Source: the human T2T-CHM13v2.0 reference genome, Homo sapiens. Taken from it: a stretch of DNA of 64,000 nt. Below the pieces are notes generated by a model. The model did no database searches. It saw nothing but the letters and a program-made list of their open reading frames with translations, and was not told where the DNA came from. Location of the stretch: NCBI RefSeq assembly GCF_009914755.1, contig NC_060930.1; one strand, written 5' to 3'. Both the position numbers and the translations under genes were made by a program. Below are positions 1 to 21,836 of this stretch, one piece after another; within the stretch, counting starts at the first letter, position 1; the number at the start of each line of letters is the position of its first letter.

Positions 1-29
1 ATGGATATCTGCATGCTTTTAAAAAATAA

Positions 30-590
<561 letters not shown>

Positions 591-639
591 GCATGCTTTT
601 TGACTAACTGAAAGTAAATTTCAGTTTATTTTACGCTGA

Positions 640-932
640 TTTTTTTTTTTTAGACAGGGTCTCAGTCTGTTTCCCGGGCTGGAGTGCAGTGGTATAATCT
701 CAGCTCACTGCAGCCTTGACCTCCCCAGGCTCAAGCCATCCTCTCACCTCAGCCTCCTGAGTAGCTGGGACTACAGGCATGCACCACCGCACCTGTCTGC
801 TTTTGTATTTTTTGTAGAGACAGGATGTCACTATGTTGCCCAGGCTAGTCTGGAACTCCTGGGCTCAAGCAGTCTGCCTGCCTCAGCCTCCTAAAGTGCT
901 GAGATTACAGGTGTGAGCCACCATGCCTGGCC
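640..932 (-). mobile_element. Alu (AluJ-like)
   Basis: Poly-T plus reverse Alu. Confidence 0.9.
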
Positions 933-953
933 CTGATTGTTTCTTTAGGTTAG

Positions 954-1272
<319 letters not shown>

Positions 1273-1515
1273 TAGAAAACCTTTCTGACAACAAAACTCA
1301 GATCCCCTTGGCACTTTCCTCACCCTGAGGAAGTATTAAATCAGAAATTATCCTAATGGGGTGAAAGTGAATTATATGGATGATGGTAATGCAAGGAGAA
1401 GAAAAAATACTTAGGATTGCTAACAGGTTGGAGAAGATGACCAAGTGGTGGAGGATAGAAATGGTAACTGAAGATTAGCTCACTTGTTCATCTTGACTTG
1501 ATACTTCCCATCTAG

Positions 1516-1632
1516 GTTCAGTGTACAAAACCTGAGTGTAGAAAATGGAGGCAGCTTACCAAGGAAATCCAGCTTACTCCACAGATAGCCAAGACTTATC
1601 GATGCGGTATGAAACCAAATACTGCTATTAAG
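1516..1632 (+). CDS. KDM1B: KDM1B coding exon A (CW zinc finger, VQCTKPECRKW...NTAIK, approx. aa 140-178)
   Basis: tctag|GTTCAG...ATTAAG|gtatgt; 117 nt, phase 0/0; recognised LSD2 zf-CW peptide. Confidence 0.96.
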
Positions 1633-1728
1633 GTATGTTCTCTTTTTGCTTTTGAGTTAATTGATATATTAATGTAGTCAGTAAATAGTAATGGTGTATA
1701 TGTTTTTCATGTATTGTGTTGATCATTC

Positions 1729-2130
1729 TGTCAAGGTTGTATTTGCATGCATGTAATAGAACCCCAACTATAATGGCTTAACCAATTAAGGATTTTACTT
1801 TTCCGTCATTATAAGCAGTTAAGACATAGGTAAGCAGTTAAGACATAGGCTGTCCAGGGTTGGTTTTGTTGCCCAAGGAAATCTCTTTGTAGCTTCCACT
1901 CCAGCCACCTGTAGTCTAACTTCATCCTGAAGGCCACAAGGTAGTTGCTATACCACCAGTCATGTGTCCAAATCCTAAGCAGAAAAGGGGGAAAGGTCAA
2001 AGGGCAAGAGGGGAGTATCAGCTGAGCCTGTCCCTCTTTTCCTGGGGGAAACAGGAGCTTTCCTGGAAGTTCCTTCAGTAGATTTCTATTTATATCTCAT
2101 TGGCGAGAACAGGATCATGCAGCTACTCTG
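1729..2130. mobile_element. Old ERVL/MaLR LTR (LTR33-like)
   Basis: gtaatagaaccccaac...ggctta start and tctcattggcgagaac...tcatg end resemble LTR33/MLT1K-L. Confidence 0.45.
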
Positions 2131-2575
2131 GTTTTAATTTTTTTGCTAGTTTTGGTTTGTTTCGTTTTTATATAATGATGTTGACACCATAAATGCAGCT
2201 TCCCTAACTATAGTGAGGACAGAGGAAGAAAATATTTTACGACTGAGGATGTTGCAACACTAAACAAAGCCGGATCCTATTAGTGAGGAAGAAAAGATTA
2301 ATTGATATGCTTGGCAATTAGGAATCGGCCATCGTTGTTATAATGTGCCTTTTTTGAAATTTGGCAATTACTTACTGTTTAAAAACCTATTATTATTGCT
2401 TTAGTGCGTTAAGGGTGTTAGTCTACACAAATGCCACTGGTACCTGCAGTACATTAAAGAATATTAGGAATCCTTTTAATCTCAGAGGTAAAATACTTTG
2501 TTTCTAGAAATTGAGATAAAATTCACATATTATAAAATTCACCCTTTTAAAGCATACAATTGAGTGGCTGTGGTG

Positions 2576-2792
2576 CAGGTTGAGCACCCTAGTCTGAAAA
2601 TCTGAAATGTTCCAAAATCTGAAACTTTTTGAGCTCTGAGATGATGCTCAGAGGTTCTGCTCAAAGGAAATGTTCACTGGAGCATTTTAGATTTTCAGAT
2701 TAGGGATGCCCAACCAGTAAGTATGTTGCAAACATTCCAAAATCCAAAACACTTCTGGTCCCAAGCATTTCAAATAAGAGAAATTCAACCTG
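2576..2792. mobile_element. Tigger4a (MER46/Zombi) DNA transposon
   Basis: Terminal inverted repeats caggttgag...ttcaacctg; internal ccaaaatctgaaa repeats. Confidence 0.75.
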
Positions 2793-2938
2793 GGATTCAA
2801 AATATAAACATCATATTTTTATAACGCCTGGAATTCAGTAAAAGCCTGGGATTCAAAATATAAACATAATATTCTATTTCATTATATTTATAATAAACTA
2901 TATAGTTTATTTTCTGTGCCTGGCCTATTCGTTTCTTA

Positions 2939-3259
<321 letters not shown>

Positions 3260-3837
3260 GTGTAATCAGTGAGTTATATCATAAATTTATGTTTAATGTT
3301 TGCAAAACTACCAAATGTCTTTCCATGGTTGTACCATACTACAACATTTTGTAGTGTTATTCTTTTTTAAAAAATTTAATTATAGCCATTCTAATGGGTA
3401 TGTACTAGTATCATTGTAGGGTTAGTTTGCATTTCCCTAATAACTGGTGATCTTGAGTATATTTTCATATGCTTATTGGCCATGCATTTCTCTTTGGAAA
3501 ATGTCTGATCAAGTTTTTTTTAAATTGGGTTTTATTGATTTGTAGTTCTTTATGTAATCTGGATATAACCATGTATTTTGAATATTTTTTCCCCCCAGTT
3601 TGTGTTAAGCCTTTTCATTTTCTGAATAGGTCTTTTATGAGGAATTTTCCATTTTGAAGTGTAGTTTATTCACTTTTTCATTTATGCTTAGAACTTTTTG
3701 TGTCTTTTCTGAGAAATCATTGGTTACCTTTCACCTTGTAAACATACTCTGTGATTTCTTTGAGGTGCCTTATAGTTTTCATCTTTACTTTTAGATCACT
3801 AGCTCAAGTTTTTTTTTGTTTTTGATGTGAGAGGTAG

Positions 3838-4236
<399 letters not shown>

Positions 4237-4607
4237 CTATCTTAGCACCATTATAAAAAAATCAATTGGCCGTATGTGTGTAAGTCTGTTTCTGGACCCT
4301 GTTGCATTAATCTGTTTTTTACCCAATGCTCTGCTGTCATGATTATTGTATCTGTATAGTAAGTCTTAAAATCAGGTAGTATACATTCTTCTAACTTTTT
4401 TTTTGTTTTCAAGATTGTTTTGGCTATTCTAGGACCCTTATATTTCCATGTAAATATCAACTTCTTAGTATCCAATAAAAAGCCTCTGGGTTTTTTATTG
4501 GAATGCATTGAATCTATGGGTCATTTGGAGAAGTGACATCTTTACATTTTTCAGTCCTCTAAGGGGTTGGTAAATGATGGCTCATGGGCCAAATCTGGCT
4601 GATACGT

Positions 4608-7690
<3,083 letters not shown>

Positions 7691-7700
7691 GCCACACCTA

Positions 7701-7860
7701 TTTATTTATTTATTTATTTATTTTTAATTTTAAAAATTTTCTGTAGTGACAGGGTCTTGCTCTATTGCCCAGGCTGGTCTTGAACTCTTGGCCTCAAGTG
7801 ATCCTCCCTTCCCAGCCTCCCAAAGTGCTGGGATTACAGGCGTTAGCCACCGCACCTGGC
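7701..7860 (-). mobile_element. Alu monomer (FLAM-like)
   Basis: Left-arm-only Alu with (TTTA)n tail; TSD ccacacct. Confidence 0.85.
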
Positions 7861-8238
7861 ACCACACCTGTTTTGTAAATATGGTTTTAATTGGGACATA
7901 GCCATGCTCATTCCTGCTCCTGGTACCACACCTGTTTTGTAAATAAAGTTTTAATTGGGACATAGCCATGCTCATTGTTATGTATTGGCTGCTTTTATGC
8001 TACAATGACAGTATTTGCGACAGAGCCCAGAATATTTACTATGTGGTTCCTTACAGAAAATGTTTCCTGACCCCTTTTCTGACCCATGGGCATGGTATCT
8101 GTCTCCATCTTTTTGAGGTTAATGTCTCCCAACAGTGTTTTCTAATATTCACTGAGGATATCTTTTGTGCCTTTGTTCAATTTATTTCTAGATACTTAAT
8201 TTTTTTTCCTGTAATTGTAGATAAAATTGATTGATTGA

Positions 8239-8843
<605 letters not shown>

Positions 8844-9997
8844 AATAAAATTTATTTTTAACTCCATTTTCAAGTTGTGCACTGTTGCAACTATATAGAA
8901 ACACAATTGACTTGTATATTGGCCTTGTACCCAGAGACTTTGTTAACTTCACTTACTAAGTTTCATAGATCTTTTTCATAGATTCCTTTGGGTTGTCTGC
9001 AAATCAGTCATACAAATAATCATGATTGTCTACAAACCTCTTCTCAGTCTTTTTGCCCTTTTTCTTGCCTTACTACATTGGTCAGGACCACCAGTGATAG
9101 TGTTCTATAGAAGTGATGAGAGCAGACAACCTTGCCTTGTTCCTGACTTCAGGAGGAATGTGTTCAGTATCGTCATATACAGTGTTGGCTATAGCTCTTT
9201 GTAGACATTCTTTATGAGATGGAGCAGTCTCCTTTTCTTTTCCTAATTTGCTGATAACTTTTTATGATGAATAGATATTGGCTAATAGTTTTCCTGCATC
9301 TTTTATGATGACCATTGCATTTTCTTCTTTAATCAGCAAATGTAATGAATTATACCAATTTGGGAATGTTGAATCAATGTTGCATTCCTGGGGAAAAAAA
9401 ATCCATTTGTTTTTAATATATTGTTCTTTTTATATATTCCCAGATTTGATTAAATTTTGTTAAAGATTTTTGCATCTGTGTTTGTCTTGGATACTTTGTT
9501 ACTTTCCTTTCTTGTAATAACCTTGTCGGGTTCTGCTTTCAGAGTTATGCTGGCTCTGTGAAACGAGCAGTATATCCTCTTTTCTATTTTGTTGTATAGG
9601 TTTGATATTACTTCTTTTTTTGTGTTTGGTTGAATTCACTAATGAAACAATTTGGGCCAGTAGTTTTCTTTGTAAAAAGTTAGGAATTACAAATTCAGTT
9701 TCTTTAACAGATATATGGCCATCTAGGTGGTTTATGACTTCTTTCCATTTTGGAAGGTTGTGTTTTTCAAGCAGTTTGTCTTTTTCATCTATGTTGTCAC
9801 ATTTTTAACTTAAAGTTGTTTGTACTGTTCCCTTGTTCTCCTTTTAACGTTGGTGGGCTTTGTCTCGGTATCCTTTCTTTTATTCTTGATGTTGGTGATT
9901 TGAGAGTGAGGGAGGGGAAGCATTGACCTGAGCCTGGGATTAGATTCCTGAAATTGGTAAGAGCTATTCCAAAATCTTTCAATTTAGCACTAGATAT

Positions 9998-10238
9998 TTT
10001 TTCTTTTTTTTTTTTTTTTTTTTTTTTTTTCATAAGGCAGGGTCTCACTCTGTCTCCCAGGCCAGAGTACAGTGGCATAATCCTGGTTTACTGCAGCCTT
10101 TACTTCCTGGGCTCAGGTGATTCTGCCACCGTAGTCTCCTGAGTAGCTGGGACTACAGGTGTGTGCCACTGTGCTTCACTAATTTTTGTATTTTTTTTTT
10201 TTTTTAATAGAGACGGGGTTTTGCTGTCTTGCCCAGGG
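9998..10238 (-). mobile_element. Alu (AluJ-like, partial)
   Basis: Long poly-T, right arm and part of the left arm. Confidence 0.85.
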
Positions 10239-10712
10239 TGAGGCCCTTGATTGATTCTGGAACTCAACTTTAAGAGTTGAAGGCCTCTCTGAGAAGAGGA
10301 AGAGAAAAGAGAAAATGGGAAGGAGCTGACATGAGGGCGTGGGCAGTTCATTTCCAGGCTGCGTGGCTGCACTGATGGGAGCTGGGAACTGAGCAATGAA
10401 AATACCATGAACAGGCAGAGGGGAGCGTGTCCAGCTTGCAGGAACAATATCTTGGTTGCACTAAACTTAACTACCTGTGTCCCAGATTACTTGACAATGA
10501 AAAGTTGACTCAGTGGCATTTCATTATAATATTTAAAGGAGAGTTCAGCCAAGCAACAATAAAAAATAGCAGACTATTTTAATAGATTCTACTTTTTGAG
10601 CCATTTTCACTCAGCCTGGGTATGCGATGATTCTAAAAGTTTTTTCAGACAATTTTTTAAGATTTTGGATGATTTGTGTAATACTACATTAATCAATACT
10701 AGCTGTGATTTT

Positions 10713-11021
<309 letters not shown>

Positions 11022-11635
11022 TAGCTGTGATTTTTACATTTTGTTCTGTGCTTTGACTAAACTGTAATTGGAGTGATCCGTAATCTCACCTCTCTTTTAC
11101 TTGCTGACAATTGAGTGGACAACTTTGACTTTACTAATTGTTTAAATTATGCCTTGCTTTTTGTTTTTTAAATTTTTTCTTGGGTGGTGGTTGTCACTTT
11201 TAATTTCTCTAAGTAGTTTTTGAAAACTCGAAGGTTTTCTGTAGAACACTTTTAGACAAATGATACATGTTCATTATTGAAAAATTCCAGCAATATAGAA
11301 AAGAACAAAGATAGCAGAAAAAAATTCATGCAGTCTTCATTGTGAATTAACCATCATTGAGTGAGATTCATTCAAGAGTATCTATATAGTGTACCTCTGT
11401 GTGTATACAGGGAGAAGGCCTGATTGACAGATAGCTTCCTGTTAAGGAATAGTACTACACACACTTTTTTTTTCTAAGTTGGTTGTGTTTAATATAACAT
11501 CAATTTAAAATAAGAAAAGGAAGCCAAAGTGAAATAAGAAATTGTTGAACATAAAATATTTCTTTATCCCAAGAAATAAGTTTCTAAAAACTCTCTAAAA
11601 GGTTAAGAAAATATGAGAATAAGAAGTGGGAATCA

Positions 11636-11956
<321 letters not shown>

Positions 11957-12698
11957 TCATGTTTCAATTTTAGTTGATATTGGTCAACACCCTGCTATGA
12001 AATCAGAAAAAATAAATTATATAACACTTCCTTTTCTTCTCTCCCAGTTTTTGTTATGGTTTTGTTTTTTGTTTAGTTTTCTTGGCGATTTTGTTAATTA
12101 TTTTCTATAACTGTATTCCCTCCATTGTTTACTCTGACTTATATGTTTATGTAGATTTACTGCTCTCTGTAATTTCTTTTACCATAGTTCCATTTTTTTA
12201 TTTTGATTTGAAACCTGGCTGGCTGTATTTTAACATCAAGCATTTTTTTCCAGGAGGGCCTCAGAGGTGTCAGATTCCTTACATTTTTGAAAACTTAACT
12301 ACTTTTCTTCTCACCTCACCTTAGTTAAAGCCTTTATAGTCTTTTTAAATTCCAATTTCTATGGATAATATCAAATCTCTTCCCCCAACCCCAGTCACCC
12401 TCCTTTGAGACCCCTTCATCTTATTGTTCCAGTATGAATCGATTACTCTCCACAACCTGAACTTTTGAAATATTAATTTAAATTATATATATTGACCCTG
12501 AGTAATTTTGGTTTTCAGCGTGGTATGCTGTTAAGGAGAAAGTCAGTGAAGGTTTATTTGTAGAATAACATGAAAAAGAACAATTGACAACTCTGTACAC
12601 TGTTTTTGATTTTGCTGTTTCTCATTTAATATGTCTTAAAAGATGTGTCCATGTAAGTATATAAAGAGCTCTTCTTTCTCTTCATTTTTATTTCATTC

Positions 12699-12982
<284 letters not shown>

Positions 12983-13410
12983 CTTCATTCTCTTCAATGG
13001 CTGTCTAATAAGTAGTCCACTGAACAGACGTCCTGCGTTTAATTTAGTGCTATTGAAGGGCATTTAGGTTACTTTTAAACGTTTACTGTTCCTGACTGTG
13101 CTTTAGTGAAAAGCTTTCTATCTGTGCTATTTTTGAGTATATTTGTAAGATCTGTTCCTACAAATGAAATTTCTGTATCAAAGGGTAGATGCTATTGTTT
13201 TAATGTGAAATAAGTTATAGACACAAAGAGTTATAATTTATATGTAAGGAGGAAAGAATGAAAGCAAACACTGGTGTGCCTCCCTACTACTCAGTTGAAG
13301 AAACAGAGCACTCCCAGTGGCTTTGTCCCTCCCTCCAGTGTGCTCCTCAGTAGTTATTATGCTTCCTCTCCTTCCCTTGCAGGGGTAAACAATGTCCTGA
13401 ATTTTGTGGG

Positions 13411-13711
<301 letters not shown>

Positions 13712-14424
13712 TGAATTTTGTCTTTCTTACTCCTTTGCTTTTTGTTACAGGGTTAATACGTATTTCTGAAACCCTAAGTAACATAAGTTTTGCATATTTT
13801 TATACTGGTTACAAATTATATCACAATTGTTTATATTCCTCTTTAACTTGCTCTTTTCGCTCAACATTAAGGTTTTGGAGATGCATCCATGTTGATGCAT
13901 CTAAGACTTTGGTGTGTTAATACCAAAGAGTAGTATTAGAATTACATTGTGTGAACCTACCTTGGTGTGTGTATTCTCGTGTTCATGAATATAAGGGCTG
14001 TTTCTAGTTTTTGGCTGTTACATACAAATGCTACTGTGAGCATTCTTGCCTGGCACAAGGACAAGAATGTCTTTGAAATACAGTCCAAGGACTAGAACTG
14101 CTAGGCCATATGGTCTAACAATCTTGTTTATTTAGGCAACTTTTCTTAGTGAAATATACAAACAGAAGACGCACAAATCAAAATGCATAACTCAATGAAT
14201 TTTCGCCAAGTACTCATTTAGCTGGCTCCCAGGAAAGTAACAGAACACACACCAGCCCCTTAGAAGCCCCGTGTCACTTTTAATCACAGTCTTTAACCCT
14301 TGCTCCCCTAGAGTAACTACCTACTTTTCTGACTTACAATCATATAGTTTTGTTTTGTTTTGTTTTTTTGCTTGCTTTTAAGTTTTACATGAATGGTATC
14401 CTACACTATGATTGTTCTAGCTTC

Positions 14425-14726
14425 TTTTTTTTTTTTTTTTTTTTGAGACGGAGTGTCGCTTTGTCACCCAGGCTGGAGTTCAGTGTTGCGATCTTGGCTC
14501 ACTCCAACTTCCGCCTTCCAGGTTCAAGTGATTCTCCTGCCTGAGCCTCCCAAGTACCTGGGATTACAGGTGCGCACCACCATGCCCGGCTAATTTTTGT
14601 ATTTTTAGTAGAGACGAGGTTTCACCATGTTGGCCAGGCTGGTCTCGAACTCCTGACCTTAGGTGATCCACCCACCTCAGCCTCCCAAAGTGCTGGGATT
14701 ACAGGTGTGAGCCACTGCACGGGGCC
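14425..14726 (-). mobile_element. Alu (AluS)
   Basis: TSD tgttcta(g/a)cttctttt. Confidence 0.9.
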
Positions 14727-14886
14727 TGTTCTAACTTCTTTTGCCCAACATTGTGAGATGTGTCCATGTTGTAATGTGTAGTCATAGTTTGTTCTCATTG
14801 CTGTGCAGCATGCCATTGTTTGACTATAATACAATTTAAGTGTCCATTGTACTGTTGATGACCTTTGGGTTGTTTCTAGCTTTTTT

Positions 14887-15187
<301 letters not shown>

Positions 15188-15361
15188 AGTTTCTAGCTTT
15201 TTTTGAATACAAATAATGCTCCTTTGAACATTTTGTAATACTTTTGTTGGTGCAGATATACAAGAGTCTCTCTCTGGAAAATATAACCCAGTTAGAATTG
15301 CTGGATGTGTCATACGTATTTTCAGTTCTAAAAGATGATGTCAAATGATTGTGCATTTTAA

Positions 15362-15779
<418 letters not shown>

Positions 15780-15929
15780 TCCAGACACTCTGATTTATAC
15801 ATTGTTTCATAAAAATGCTTTTCTTTGCCAGCCTGATAGGTGAAAAGAGATATCTTATTGAAGATAAATGGATACCTGAGACTATATTTTATAAGCAACC
15901 CTAATTTAACACTTGGTTTTCTTTTGTAG

Positions 15930-15968
15930 CCTGAGACCTCAGATCATTGTTCCCTCCCAGAGGATCTA
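15930..15968 (+). CDS. KDM1B: KDM1B 39-nt exon B (PETSDHCSLPEDL)
   Basis: ttttgtag|CCTGAG...GATCTA|gtgagt; phase 0/0; completes the CW finger. Confidence 0.93.
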
Positions 15969-16738
15969 GTGAGTATTTCCGGATGGTGTGGATTGGGGTT
16001 AATTGTGCCTTTGATGATAAGTGTTACAAGGAAATGATAGTAACAGCTTCATGAATTTCTTTCTCTTTGGTTGCTGATCAGTGACTTTTTAATCTAACAT
16101 GGTAACTATATTATGAAAATGTTAGCAATAGTGATATTATGGGTAGTCCTGTCCCCAACTTAAAAAATAAAAATAAAGTTATGTTGCTTTTCATTAAAAG
16201 GAAACAAAGAGGAAGACACAGCTCTCCTGCCTTGCTCTAGGGCTCAGGCTTGCTGTACTTGTTTTTCAAGGATGACTTTGTGACCTTTTCTCCACTTGAG
16301 TCCTCCTAAGAAAAGCACAAGAGGGCCACAATTTGATCGTCTTGGCCTGGATTCAGCTGCAGGAGTGTTCTTATGCATTCTGACCTCAGCATGTTGGCTT
16401 TGTCCTGTCCTCATGCAGATATGGCAGGGGGAGCAGTACTTCCAGCTGGCAAAGCTGGTCACATTTCCTCTGTTTTCATAAGACTTTGCTACCTGAGTTG
16501 ACAAACTTCAGTGTACCATGTAACCAGATTCGGTGACTGTTTCAGAAAAGAGGTTTTTAAATTTTGGGTTTCTTGAGTTTCTAGAATCCTGAGTCATTCT
16601 GATTTTCAGTGATTCAGGATTGGATTGTTCTAGATGTCTGAAACTCAGGAACTACGATAGCTTTTCAGGCAAAGACAGCATTGACTTTTAGCAAATCTAC
16701 TTTAAATCCATTCTGTTATATAAAAGGGTGTTTGCATG

Positions 16739-17107
16739 TGTATTAGTCCGTTCTCACGCTGCTTGCTATAAAGAACTGCCTGAGACTAGGTAATTTATGA
16801 AGGAAAGAGGGTTAACTGACTCACAGTTCTGCATGGCTGGGGAGGCCTCAGGAAACTTAGAATCATGGCAGAAGAGGAAGCAAATGTGTCCTTCATGATG
16901 GCTGGAAGGAGAAGTGTCAAGCAAAGGGGGAAAAGCCCCTTGTAAAACCATCAGATCTCATGAGAACTCATTATCACAAGAACAGCATGAGGGTAACTGC
17001 CCCTGTGGTTTAATTACCTCCTACCAGCTCCCTGCCATGACACATGGGGATTATAGGAACTACAATTCAAGATGAGATTTGAGTGGGGACCCAGCCAAAC
17101 CATATCA
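16739..17107 (-). mobile_element. THE1C-like MaLR solo LTR
   Basis: tgtattagtccgttctcac...cagccaaaccatatca; 5-bp TSD gcatg/gtatg. Confidence 0.88.
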
Positions 17108-17158
17108 GTATGTATATATGTGTGTGTGTGTACACACACACACACACACACACACACA
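17108..17158. repeat. (TA/TG)n-(CA)n compound microsatellite
   Basis: Seen directly. Confidence 0.95.
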
Positions 17159-17949
17159 TTTTTTTTCCAGGCTCCAGAATAGACATTTTTTTTTTCCCCG
17201 AATTCCTGGAGCATAAGTGTCAGATTGCATTTAGAAAAGCCTGTCTACCATGGATTGTGGCAGTGTTGCTTTGGAAGCCACATAGACTTTCTTTTTATTT
17301 CAGTAGTCATCATGAGAAGGCTCTGATTTGATGACTCCATGTTAAGTCAACTCTGGAACAGTATCACGTATTTGAAGACTGAAAATAACTGCTTTTGTTC
17401 AGTTCTACATTTGGCGTCTTATTTTGATGTTTGCAGTGTACTTTTCCCTCTGAAAGTTTTTTAGTAGCCTTTGGCAAAAAGCGGTAATACTTACTACTTG
17501 GGAGCATTATTTTTTATGCCCAGTTTCCCAATTTTAACTATCTTGAGGTCCTAAGTTAAAGGCGGGGGGCTTGAATGATAGATGATTACTGAGCAGAGAT
17601 GCATTTTTCACATCAGACTTAAACCTAGGCTTGCGATCTAGTAAATGGGCACAGCTTTCAGACTCACCTGGCATTGGGGAGCTTATTTTGGGGGAGGGAT
17701 AAGGGAGGCTGTTGCCATATGTCAGAAAGAATTCTGTCTGGGAGACATTCTTGCCAGGTGTTATCAGCCCATTTTTGTTTCTACATCTGTGTGTGTAGAG
17801 CTCTGGAATAGAATTGTTAAGTCTGAGCAAGAAAAAGCATAGCGGGTTAAGGACAAGTGAAACGAAGAGAACCCTCTGTCCCTGGCAGAATCTGCATGTA
17901 CATTTCTTGTCTGTCCTTGTCTCTCTTCTTCCTGTCTGGCCCATTGCAG

Positions 17950-18160
17950 AGAGTATTGGAAGTTTCCAACCATTGGTGGTACTCTATGCTCATCCTACCT
18001 CCTTTGCTGAAAGACAGTGTGGCAGCGCCCCTGCTGTCTGCCTACTACCCTGACTGTGTTGGCATGAGCCCCTCCTGCACCAGCACAAACCGCGCCGCTG
18101 CCACTGGCAATGCCAGCCCTGGGAAGCTGGAGCACTCCAAGGCTGCCCTCTCCGTGCACG
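17950..18160 (+). CDS. KDM1B: KDM1B exon C (RVLEVSNHWW...AALSVH)
   Basis: ttgcag|AGAGTA...GTGCACG|gtgaga; 211 nt, phase 0/1; lies within ORF-track 17857..18213. Confidence 0.95.
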
Positions 18161-18193
18161 GTGAGAGCCATTCCTGGGACTCCCTGCTTTCTA

Positions 18194-18400
<207 letters not shown>

Positions 18401-18766
18401 TTATTTTTAAAAATGTATGCGACCTATGATATAAAGCCCCTCATTATTTCATGGAAATGGTTGTACTGTGGATCAGTCACATCATTTGTGTATAGTGTGT
18501 GGTTAATTTTTCCTCAGTAGTTTGGAAAACCTGCAACACTCATGAATTACCTACAGGACTTAATGAGTATTTATTTGGAAGTTGGATTGCTGTCTTGTTT
18601 AATGATAACATGAACTCTGACTTACTGGGAAAAGGTTTTCAACTATATGAGCAGTCCTTTTTCTTCTGAGTCTTTCTGCCTCTAATTATTGCCACTGGTG
18701 ATCCCAGCGAAATCACCTACTCTCAAAAAAACTGCAGAGCAGGCATACTTTTGATTATTTACTTTA

Positions 18767-19254
<488 letters not shown>

Positions 19255-20021
19255 TAAAGGCATCTTTAAAAATCTACATTAGAATTCTTGGTGTAAGAAG
19301 CAAGAATTCTGGATTTCCTACGCCTGGACAGGAACAAATGGCATTTTTGATTATGCAAATAGATTTTTGCACTGTGGTCCTATCTTAAGGTTTTGTTGTT
19401 GTTGTTGTTTACCAATAACACTGGAATATAGATGTGGTGGAAATCAAAGCTAAAGTGGTAATTCCCAGGGTTAATGAAGATGCGATGAAGAGGCATTTGA
19501 CTGCTGTTAGGGAGAGTGTATGTTTACGAAGGAAGATTTGGCAGTGTGCATCAAAAACTTTTAAACAGACACTCTTTGACCCAGCAGTGCTATTTCTAGG
19601 AATTTATCTTAAACAGCTAATCAAATGTAAATCCAAAGATAGGTACAAAGAAATTTCTTTTCACATTGCTTGTAATAGTGAAGTAATTGGATGAAATGTA
19701 ATGCCTAGCAATAGGGAAATGGTTAAGTAATAAGAAAATATACAGCCATTGAATGCATATTTAGTGACACAGGAAAGTATTCATGGTATTGTACACATTA
19801 AAAAGCAGGTTAGAAAACGGCACTTTCATAACATTTTTTTCAGTTTCATGAAGGCAAATATCTATTATGTGAATATTCTCTGTTAATAGACACAGAAATA
19901 AGGATAAAGTGTACCTCTAAATGTAACTCCACTACTGACATAATCAGGGGTTAGTGATTGTTATTTACTTCTATGAACCTATTCATTTTATAGTCAGAAA
20001 AATGCCATAAGAGTTATTTTA

Positions 20022-21071
<1,050 letters not shown>

Positions 21072-21354
21072 TTAAGATGATAAATTTTATGGTATGCATT
21101 TTTTTACCACAGTTAAAAATAAAATAATTTTTCCATGCTATGGAAATTAAAGTTGAGAATAGCATGAAGAAAGAATGAGAAAAATACTTAATTTATGTAC
21201 GTTTTGTCTAACTGGGTGGAGGAAGCAAAGGTATTTATGTAGGGTAGAGAGTGGAGCTTGTCTAGGCTTACTTTTTGGTTTGCTTTTGCCCTTTAATTCT
21301 TCTGGATTTGGAAGTTACAGCTTGTAGGAGTTGCCCATTTGTGTTACCTATCAG

Positions 21355-21539
21355 TTCCAGGCATGAACCGATACTTCCAGCCTTTCTACCAGCCCAATGA
21401 GTGTGGCAAAGCCCTCTGTGTGAGGCCGGATGTGATGGAACTGGATGAGCTCTATGAGTTTCCAGAGTATTCCCGAGACCCCACCATGTACCTGGCTTTG
21501 AGAAACCTCATCCTCGCACTGTGGTATACTAACTGCAAA
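21355..21539 (+). CDS. KDM1B: KDM1B exon D (VPGMNRYFQPF...YTNCK; linker and SWIRM start)
   Basis: tatcag|TTCCAG...TGCAAA|gtaagt; 185 nt, phase 1/0. Confidence 0.95.
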
Positions 21540-21631
21540 GTAAGTAAGGGCATGTTAGCCAATAGCACTGGACAGAGGAGGACCATGTTGAAAAGGAGGG
21601 GATACTTCATCTGGGGATGGAACCTTTTATG

Positions 21632-21836
21632 CCAGGGTTTCTCAGCCGTGCCTCTGTTGACAATTTGGGCAGATAATTCTTTGTGGTGGGGACTGTCTTT
21701 GCACTGTAGGATATTTAGCAAGATCCCTGGCTTCTACCCACTAGATTCCAGTAATGCTTCCCACCTGTGAAAACCAAATACGTCTATAGACATTTCCAAA
21801 TGGGGACAGAATCACCCCTTGTTGAAAACCACCACT
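21632..21836. mobile_element. MER20 (hAT-Charlie)
   Basis: cagggtttctca...gataattctttg...ctacccactaga...ttgaaaaccac. Confidence 0.8.

Noticed and set aside
2789-2875. CRISPR-like repeat-spacer pattern
   Set aside because: Only two full copies, at a transposon end, in mammalian intronic DNA; a local duplication
17006-17016. DUX4 site in THE1C
   Set aside because: TGGTTTAATTA has two mismatches to TGATTCAATTA
21540-21770. Open frame continuing past exon D as a new C-terminus
   Set aside because: It runs into MER20 after a strong GTAAGT donor, with no evident poly(A) signal; likely chance
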